NCBI GenBank assembly: GCA_004431415.1 | Contig: QPMI01000103.1 | Location: forward strand, 247,986 to 311,985 | DNA: 64,000 nt | Source of the DNA: Cyanophora paradoxa CCMP329 | Taxonomy: Eukaryota; Plantae; Glaucophyta | Reading direction: 5' to 3' | In this document: positions 55,301-64,000 of the stretch, piece after piece | Position numbering within the stretch: the stretch's first letter is position 1 | Layout: each line of letters opens with the position of its first letter | Made by a program: the position numbers and the translations under genes | The notes under the pieces: generated by a model | The model's input: only the letters and a program-made list of their open reading frames with translations | What the model was told of the DNA's origin: nothing | Databases searched by the model: none

Positions 55301-58188
55301 CGCCCTCCGCGCCGCCCTCGCCCGCCTCGTGCCTTCTACTCCCCTTCCCCCCCCCCCCCCCCCCCCCCCCTGCCCTCCCCTCTGAGCGCCCTGGCGGCAG
55401 GCGGAGGGCCAGGCTGCGATCCGCGTGGAGATGGCCGAGGCCGCCGACGCCGCCGCCCGCGCCCGCGCCGACGCCGTCCGCCCTCCCTCGTCCCCGCCCC
55501 CGCCCCGCCCCGCTTAGGCCTCGCCGGCAGGAGGAGGGGAGGCGCGGGCGCGGGAGGCCGCCGTCAACGGCCTCCGCGCCGCCATCCTCGAGCAGGCGCC
55601 TCCCCCGCCCCTCCCTCCTCCCTGCCGCCCCCTCCTCCTCTCAGCGCCCCTGCAGGTGGAGGCGGAGGCGGAGGCGCGCGCTGCGGGCGGGGAGCGGCTG
55701 GCGGCGGAGGCGCGGCGGCTGGTGGAGGAGGAGGCGGGGGCGCGCCGCGCCGCCCTCGACGCCATCCAGGGCGACCTCCTACGCCTCGTCCGCCCCTCCC
55801 CTGCTTGCTCGCCGCTCCTCGGCTCTCCTCCTGACGGGGCGGGCCGGGGGCGCAGGGGGCGGCGCTGGCGGCGCTGCCACCGCCGACGGCGACCCCGCCC
55901 TCCTCGGCCCCCTCCTCGCCCCAGCGCGGCGCCCCGCACCACCACGAGGCCCGCAAGGCGCGCCCCCTCCGTCCCCTTTCCCCGCTCCCCCCCTCCCCGC
56001 GTGACCCTGTGCCCAGCCGGAGGACACGCGGGCGCGGCTCAAGGCCTGCGAGGCCCTCCTCAAGGCCCACTCCAGCGAGCTCGAGAGTGCGCCGTACCCC
56101 CGCCCGCCCGACCCCGTACCCCGCCTCCGTGACGCCCTGCCCGTCAGCGCACGAGTACCTCATCCGCGCCCAGGCCGCCCAGGTACCCCCCGCGGGTCCC
56201 TTGAACCCCCCGCCCCGCCCCCCCCCCCACCCCGGCCAAAACGCGTACCCCAGGTGGAGCACTGCGCGACGACGAAGGCGCTGGAGAACCTCCGCACCGC
56301 CACCGCCGAGCAGGTAGCCCCCCCCCCGCCTTGCTTCTGGGCGGTGTACCTTCTGCACCCACTCACCGCCCGGTCCCCCCCCGGCAGATGGCGGGTGTGA
56401 ACGCGCGGGCGCAAGCGGCGGAGGAGAGGGTACGGCAGCTCGCCTCCGGTACCGCCCCCGCTCCCGCCGCGTACCCGGTACCCCATCCCCGACGCTCGGC
56501 CGTACCCCAGCGGTGGTGGCGGACCAGGAGGGCATGCGCCGCTCTTTCGCAGAGTCCCTCGACGCCCTTCGGTGCGCCCGTACCCCGCCGGCCGGCACGG
56601 CGAGGCGGGGTACGCGAGAGAGGCTGACCGGGTCCGGCCGGGCCGGGCAGGTTCGACGTGGAGGGGGCCGTGGGGCGGCGGGGTGGCCCGCCCGCCGAGC
56701 CGGGGCCCGCCCCAGGATCCCGCTCGCCCCCTCCGGGCCAGGGCTTCGCCGCCCGCGCCGCCGGTGCCCGCGCCGGCCCGCCCCTCCCTGCCGCCGCCGC
56801 CCCCTCTGAGCTGGGCGCCGGCGGGCAGCGCCTGAGCGGGAGGGCGGGGGCGCGCTGTACACGTGCGGCCCGCTGGCGGCGACGCTGGCGGGGCTGCTCT
56901 CCCCCGAGCGGCAGGCCGCGCCGCCCCCCGCGAGCGCCAACGCGAGCCCTCGCCGCGGGGCCTCCGCCCCAGCACCTCCGTCTCTGCCCCGCGCCCCGTC
57001 TCCCTTCCATCCGCCCCGGCGCCCCCGGCCCCGGCCCTGGACCCGCCTCCGTCAACCCGTACTCCGCCCACGTCGCCCCTCCCCCGTCCCCGACCTCCTC
57101 CCCTCGTCCCCGCCGCGCCCTCCTCCCCCCGGGGCCGGCGGCGGCCCCGGCGGGGTGCCCTCCTCGGCGGCAGCGGCGGCGGCCCTCTCGCCCTTTGCGG
57201 AGCGCCACAGTGCGCCGGGCCGGCCGGCCCCGCCCCGGCCCCGCCCCGCCCTGCTCTGACGGGGCCGGCCGGGGGCGCAGCGACGGCGCTCGCGGCGCTG
57301 CACGCGGCCGTGGAGACGCTCGACGCCTACGTCCGCTACGCGCCCCACGAGCAGGCCCGCCCCTTGCTCCAGCCCGCCGCTCTGCCCCTCCGCCCCAGCC
57401 GCCCAACGCGCCCCCGCAGGCGGCGCGGGCGCCCTCGGGTCCCGTCTCTTCTGTCGCCACTGCCCTCTGCTCCTCCCTCCAGGCCCGCCCCCTCCCGCTC
57501 CTTCCCCTTCTCGTTCCCTGACGCGCCCGTACCCCAGGCGGTGGTGACGGAGGGGGTGCGCGCCGGCGTCCTCCTGCGCCCCACGCAGCACCCCTGGGAG
57601 TTCCTCGAGGCCCTCGTCATCCGTACCCCCCCGCGCCCTCGAATTGCGTCCCCGCCCGAGCCGCGCGCCCAGGGGAGCCCGGCTCGGCGATGGCGGAGGC
57701 GGTGGGGTACATCAACCGGACGGCGCCCCCGCCGCAGAGGTGCGCGGCGAGGCGCTGCCGCCGGCCACGGGCGGGGCCGACGGGGCGGGGCGGGGCAGCG
57801 CGGAGGACGAGGCGGCCCTGTCCGACGCCAAGTTCGCCGCCTTCGTCCGCGCCGCCCTCAAGTGCGCCCCGCCCCGCCCCCCCGCGAGACCTTTCCCGCC
57901 TGAGGCGCCGGGCGGCGCGCAGCAAGCGGGCGCTGCGCGAGTGGCTCGGCGCCCTCGCCGCCTACATGGTCGACCGCGCCCACAAGCGCGGCGCCGACGG
58001 CGGGTGCGCCCCCGCCCCGCCCCCCTCGAGCTAGACTGCCGCCTGACTCGGGGGGCAGGGCGACGCCGCGCGCCGGCTTCGTGCAGGAGCTGCTGGAGGC
58101 CGTCGGGCCCCTCGCCGCCCTCGACTTCGCGTACCCCGTCGAGGCCGCCGCCGGGGCCCCCGCCCCCGCCCCGGGGCCCGCCCCTTGA
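52323..58188 (+). CDS. Long coiled-coil protein with a C-terminal RUN-like domain, multi-exon
   Basis: Heptad exons throughout. C-terminus AVVTEGVR..HPWEFLE, AKFAAFVRAALN/KRALREWLGAL, ELLEAVGPLAALDF follows the RUN block order. TGA at 58186-58188. Confidence 0.7.
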
Positions 58189-58404
58189 ATCGATATCGCG
58201 CCGAGCCCGTCTCCGAGATCGTGAATCGCACGCGCATGCTCCGCTGCACGCGCACGCCGGGCACCGAGCTCGAGCTCGAGCTCGAGGAAACGAAGGTCGC
58301 TTTAGCCGGGCGGAGTTGCAGGCCTAGCAATACGGCAGAGCCAACAAGCCGAGCAAGCCGACAAGCCGAGAGCCGACGGTTCGCAGTACCCGGGTGCGAA
58401 CGCG

Positions 58405-60729
58405 ATGAGCAGCTCCACCAGCGCCGGCGCCAGCGCCGCGAACTCGAAGGTGCCGGTAACGGTGTTCACGGGCTACTTGGGAGCGGGCAAGACAACGATC
58501 ATCCTGAACGTGCGCCCCGCGCGGAACTCCCCGCGCCACTGCAGCGGCACGAGACGCTCACGCGCACTGCGCAGGTCATCAAAGCACTTCCGCAAGGGTG
58601 CGCAGCGTCGCGCGCGCGCGCTTCGCGCTTGCGTCGCGGGAGTGACGGCCCCGCGCAGCTACAAGTGCGTGTGGCTCAAGAACGAGATCGGCGATGTGGC
58701 TGTGGACTCCCAGGTTGCCGCCAGCAACAGCATCCAGTCGGCGGAGATGCTCGCGGGCTGGTGCGCTCGCGCCGGCGCTCGCCTCCCCCGCGCGCGCCGC
58801 TGCAGCAGACACCCGAGGCCCACGACCGCATAGTAGCAGCGTCTCCATCTGCTGCGCGGCTGCCGGCTAGAATCCAGGCGGCTGAGAGGCGTCTGACGGC
58901 GACTCCCCCGCCGCAGCGTCTGCTGCGTGCTCATCGGGCAGCTGGAGAACGCCCTCGCGGACATCATAACGCAGGCATGCCGCTGCACCGCCCTCCACCC
59001 CTGCTGCCCGCCGGCGCCGCCCTGCGCCTCCGGCGCCGGCGCTGACGTCGACCTCGCGTGGCCGCCGGCAGTACGCGCCGGATCGAATCGTGCTGGAGAC
59101 CTCGGGGTCGGCGCTGCCGGCGCCCATCGCCTGGGCCGTCCGTCGCCGTGCCGACATCGTCGTGCGCCCGGCCCCGCCCGCGCCCGCGCTCCGCCGACCC
59201 CGACTTCGAATCCGCAGAGGCTCGACGGCATCATCAACGTCGTCGACTGCGTCAACTTCCAGGGCTACAAGGACCGCTCTCAGGCGCATCCCGCCCTCTT
59301 CCCCCTCCCGCCCACCCCCTCCCCCCATCGCGCCGCTCGCCTGATTGGTAACCCCGCAGACTGCGAAGCTCCAGGCGCAGTACACTGACGTCATCCTCAT
59401 CAACAAGCACCAGGTTTCTGTTTTCTCTACTCTCGTACCCCGGGAGTGGAAGTTGGGCAGCCGCGGCGCTGAAACCGTACCCCCTCTCGCCAGTTGGTGC
59501 CGGAGACGAGGCTGGACTCGGTACTGGACGACGTGTACGATCTCAATCCCGATACCCCCAAGGTGCGGTCACGGCCGTACACCCTTTTTAAGACCAGCTC
59601 CAAGACCAAGACCGTTGTACCCCCGCCGCAGATCCGGGTACGGGGCAAGGGGGAGGTGGACCCGGCGGTGATTCTGGGTATCGACACGAAGCTCTTCCTG
59701 AGCGAGGCGCGCGCCCCCCGCGGCCCCGCGCCGCGCGCGCGAGCGGCCGCTGATCATGAGCCGCCGGGCGGGCGCCGCGCAGGAGGAAGGGGCGGCGGCG
59801 GCGGCGGGGATCAGCAAGCGGCACCAGGCAATGGACGTGGACCTGATCCAGGCCCGTACCCCCCCTTCGCCCGGCGTACCCCTCCCCTGACTCGGGGCTG
59901 CAGGTGATCGTGGGGGAGAAGCCGGCGGGGCGCGCCTGCTGCGGGGACCACTCGCACGACCACGGCAACGACCACGCGCACGCGCACGGGTGCGGGCGCC
60001 GGTCGAGCGGGCGCCGCCTCGGAGGGCCCTCGCCCGCCCCCGACGCCCTCTCGGCCGCAGCGACGGGCAGGCCTGCGGGAAGGACCACGCGCACGCCCCC
60101 GGAGACGCCTGCGGGCACGCCCACGGCCACCACGTGCGGCCGCAAGCCCCCTCCCCCTCCGCCCCGCTCTTCTCACCTTCGACCGTGTCGCCCGCAGGGG
60201 TACGAGTACGCGGGGGACGAGGCGACGGCGTTCCTGCGCTCCCTCCCCGCCGACGCCTTCGTCCGGGTCAAGGTTCGAATCCGGGCGGGGTCTTTTCGAA
60301 CTCCCTTCAACCCCTTTCCGATCGCAGGGCGTGATCCGCCTCGCGCCGGCCCCCGCGAGCCTCTCCCACGCCGTCGGCGCCGCCCTCGACGCCCCCGCCC
60401 CCGACCCCGCCTCCCCCGCCGCCCCGCCTTCCCCGGGGTACTACGTCATCAACTACGTGCGTTCCCGTACCCCCGTCGTCCAGCCCGGGCGCGACGCCGG
60501 CCCAGGTGCGGGGCCGCTTCGACCTGGTGCCCACGCCGGACTACGACGCTGCGAGCTGCCCCCTCAAGATGGTGCCCCGGCCCCCCCTCCCGGCCCGCAG
60601 CGCCCCCTTCCTCTCACCCTGGGCCGGCAGGTGTTCATGGGGACGTCAGACATGCACGCGCACCGGGCGCGGATACGCGACTTCCTCCGCGTCCCGGACT
60701 CCTGCCTCTCCGTCCACAGGGCCGACTAG
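58405..60729 (+). CDS. CobW/COG0523 (ZNG1-type) metal-chaperone GTPase, 16 exons
   Basis: VPVTVFTGYLGAGKTT, KNEIG, GC/VCC (GCxCC), DRIVLETSGSALP, VVD, Q..YTDVILINK, His-rich insert, FVRVK/GVI. Confidence 0.93.
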
Positions 60730-61667
60730 CGCCCCGCAGCCGGCCCCGCGTGCCGAGCGCGTGAGGCCGGGGGCCTCGGAGAGGGGGCCGGAAATTTGGC
60801 AGGAGAGGGGGGCTCGTCGGAAGGGCCCGGGCACGTCACGTAGGTCTAGACATAATCCCGAATACCTGTTGTGCCAAGTTTTGCAAAAACTGCGACGTCC
60901 ACTTTCGCGAAAACAACAACATGAACGTTAACCCTAAAAATGCATCGATATATATCCCCGACCCTGCCGGCCCCGACTTGTGGGCGGTCGATACCATCGG
61001 ATCCGGATTTCGATCGCGATATATGAAGGACCCGCGCGCGCGTGACGTTGACTGGCTACGTTCGCTATAAATTTTGAATTCAGAATTTAACACACGTGCA
61101 CGGCCATGGCAACTGCAATATCGCGATCGATATCGACTAGTACTGCGATTGCAATTGGCCATGGGCTCGCAACATATGGTGGCCACGTCCCTGCAGCTGC
61201 CTGCACATGAATATCTGACCCCACGTCCCTGCGCATAAGCGATCGCGAAATGCTGAATATCGATACTATGATATGTCGCATTTTTTGCATTAGCCGTTAG
61301 GCTAGTATACGTACAGCATGCGCATTTATCTACTTCAATCCTTCCGATCCCAGAACCCCGTACTATACCGAATTCGAAAGGGCAAAACTCGAGAAACGCG
61401 GGCGCAAAGAAAGTTCAAATATAGAAAATATAGATATCGATCTGCGTCTACTTTTGCACGACGATGCAAAGCTTAGTAGCTTACTACTACTGAAAATTAC
61501 GTACAGTACGCATGAAACGAAAACCACGGCAAATATGAATTACAACCGCTGTGCTGGTCTAAAGTTGCTGCTACTGCTGAAAACTAGCGATACAGACACT
61601 GCGAGCGCCCAAGAGAACTGCACAAGAGAAAGCGTGCTGCACAGTGTCAGAGAGGTGGCCGCGCGAG

Positions 61668-64000
61668 CTAGGCGAAGGCGCCGCGGCCGGCGTCGGGCGC
61701 GGGGAGGAAGCGGGCGACGGCGGCGAGGAGGGCGTCGCGGAGGACGGGCTTGGTGAGGTAGTCGTTGGCCCCGAGGCGGAGGCCGGCCTCGCGGTCCTCC
61801 TCCAGCGCGTTCGCCGTCATTAAGACGATGGGCACGGGGCCGGCGCGCCCCAGCTCGCCCGGGCAGGCGGCCGCCGCCTCGAAGGCCCGGATGCGCCGGC
61901 ACGCCTCCCGCCCGTCCATCACCGGCATCTCCTGCGCCCCGCCCCGCCCCGCCCCGGCGTCGGCATCGCGGATTGAATTTAAAAAATGCGGCGTAATTCG
62001 CCGAGGCCGGGTGCGCGGGCGGGGCGGAGGCCGGGGCCGGGGCGCGGACCATGTCGAGGAGGATGAGGTCGATGTCGCGCGGGCTCTCGTAGTACATCCC
62101 TGCGCCCCCGCCCCGCCCCGCTCAGCGCCCCGGCACCGGCCCGGCGCACAGAAATACGATGGACACTCGGAGACGAGACGCGACGCCGGGGGCGGCGCAC
62201 CGACGCACTGGTTGCCGTTGGAGGCGGTGAGGACGTTGTAGCCGGCGCGCTCGAGCATGCGGCGCGCCACCAGCACGTTCGCCTGCGCCGCGGGCTCAGG
62301 GCCGCGCAGGCGAACGTTCGCCCGCCCGGGGCGCCCGCGCCCGAGGGCGGACCTTGATGTCGTCCACCACGAGGATCGTGCGCTGCCGCCCCGGCCCCAC
62401 CCCCGCCCCCGCCCCGCCGCCACCGTTTGTTGCCGCCGCCGCCGCCGCCGTCGCCGCCGCAGGCGCCTCGGGGGAGGGGGACGCCGGGTGGGCTGGGGCC
62501 GCGCGGCGCCGGCTCCGCGACCTGGGCGGGGCTCTGGGGCCGGCGGTTCGCCTCTGGGGACGGGGAGGGGCCGCCGCCGTCAGCGTCGACGAAGGTGGGC
62601 GCCTCGGGCGGCGGCGGGGACGAGCGGCGCTGGAGGGCCGCCACGATCGCCCGCTCGAGCAGCGTCGGGCGCAGCGGCAGCGTCACCTGCTCGAGCCCGC
62701 CCCGCCGCTGCGCCCCGCCCCCGCCCCTCGTCTCAGCTTCGGGCGGCGAGGAGGGGTCCCAGGGCGGGGGGTGGGGTGGAGGGGGTGGGGGGGGGGGGGG
62801 GGGGACCTGGGTGCGGGGCGGGAGGGCGGCGTCGGGCTCGCCGACGAGGCCCACGACCGCCTCGAAGGGCGCCAGCGCCCCCGTCCGGCCCCTGCAGCAG
62901 CGCCACCTCTGCGCCCGCCGCCCCGGCGTGAGATGGGAGGACGGGGAGCGGGAGGGAGCCCCGAGACGCCGCGGGCACGGGCCTGCGAAGAGGAGGGGCC
63001 GCGCGCGACGGGCACGCCCGAGCGGCGCCGCCCGCCGTTCCCGCCGCCGTCCTTGAGGCCCCCGCGCTCCAAGGCGGCCTGCAGCGCCGCGGCGATCTCC
63101 TCGGGGGCCGCCGCCTGCGCCACCGTCCCGCCCCACTGCGCGCCCCCCGTTCCCACCCGTGGCGGCTTCCCTCGCGCGATTCGGCGGCGGCGCGCACCTG
63201 TGCGAGGTAGTAGCTGACGGGGTCGAAGAGGGGCGCGCGGCTCGCGAGGACGACGCAGGGGACGCCGGAGAGGTTGGGCCAGCAGGGGGCGACGGGGGCC
63301 GGCCCCCGGTCCCCCAGCGGGAGCTCCGTGACCATGATGCGCGGCCCGCTGCGCAGGCCGCTGAGCGGGGCGGGCGGAAGAATTCGGGAAGAGTGGAACA
63401 GGAGGCGGGGCACCCTGGGGAGGGCGCGCGGGTCGGGGGCAGGGCGAGGGGCGGGAGCGGGGAGGGCTCCGAGAGGGCCCCCGCCAGCACCGCCGGCCCA
63501 ACAAACGGCGAGCTCGACCTCGACAGCGACTGCGGGTGTGTGGCGCGCCTGTCAGGGCGGGACGAGGGCGGGGGCCCCGGAGGGCGCTGCGCGAGGCGCA
63601 CGGCGGAGGCTGCCTGGATTCCGAAGACGGCGGTGGCCTGGCGGGCGGGCGGGCGGGCGCGGGGTCAGAGGGCGGGGGCTCGGAGAGCAGCGGGGCGGGG
63701 AGGGGCGGGGCGGGGCGGGGCGGGGCGGGGCGGGGCGGACCCAGAAGGTGGAGCCCTTGCCGACCTCCGAGAAGACCCCGGAGGTCCCGCCCATCCCCTC
63801 CGCCAGCCGCTTCGTGATCGCCTGCGCGAACTCAAACACAGCTCGCGAGGACGGGGGGCGGAGAGAGGAAGCGGGCGGGGGCGCGCCAGGCCGAGGCCAG
63901 TGCCCTCGAACATGCGGACGCCCGACCCCTTCGGGACCTGCTGGAAGGGCCGGAAGAGCGCGCCGATGTGCTCCGGCGAGATCCCGATCCTGCCGCCCGC
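61668..64000 (-). CDS. Hybrid histidine kinase, 3' part (HATPase_c plus receiver); partial
   Basis: GIGISPE..LFRPFQQ..EGTGLGL/AITKRLAEGMGG..SEVGKGSTFW. Receiver: ILVVDD, DLILLDM/EMPVMDG, PIVLMTANA, GANDYLTKPV. Confidence 0.95.

Noticed and set aside
154-64000. Hundreds of long Pro/Arg/Gly/Ala-rich six-frame ORFs
   Set aside because: They arise from stop-codon scarcity at very high GC and read through introns. The real proteins appear only after splicing.
7416-64000. Functional gene cluster (transport, signalling, metal)
   Set aside because: The neighbouring genes have unrelated functions, and nothing indicates a co-regulated pathway.

Overview
Eukaryotic, very GC-rich, intron-dense genomic DNA from a protist or alga (the style recalls the glaucophyte Cyanophora; unverified). 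The long six-frame ORFs are mostly GC artefacts, and the real genes are split by many introns of about 45-110 nt. Splicing by hand gives about 13 genes: a partial unknown gene, a beta-helix protein, a bestrophin, a histidine phosphatase, a GT92-like glycosyltransferase, an Amt/Mep ammonium transporter, a soluble-adenylyl-cyclase-like STAND ATPase with degenerate cyclase sites, a tail-anchored coiled-coil protein, a SPRY protein, an MLF-like protein, cornichon, a coiled-coil/RUN protein, a CobW/COG0523 GTPase and the 3' part of a hybrid histidine kinase. The standout is a ~2.3-kb insertion in the AMT gene with the architecture A-B-X-B-A: 262 bp of host target (A) and 262 bp of element end (B) are both duplicated, with equal length. 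The internal B|X junction looks like a transposon-circle junction (abutted imperfect TIRs with a 7-nt spacer). X carries decayed motifs in the order expected for a KDZ (Kyakuja/Dileera/Zisupton) transposase. Other signals: frequent GC-AG introns, 8-22-nt microexons, GTACCCC...GGGGTAC intronic hairpins, two sequence-related introns in unrelated genes, and palindrome-saturated intergenic DNA. All alignments and counts were done by eye.
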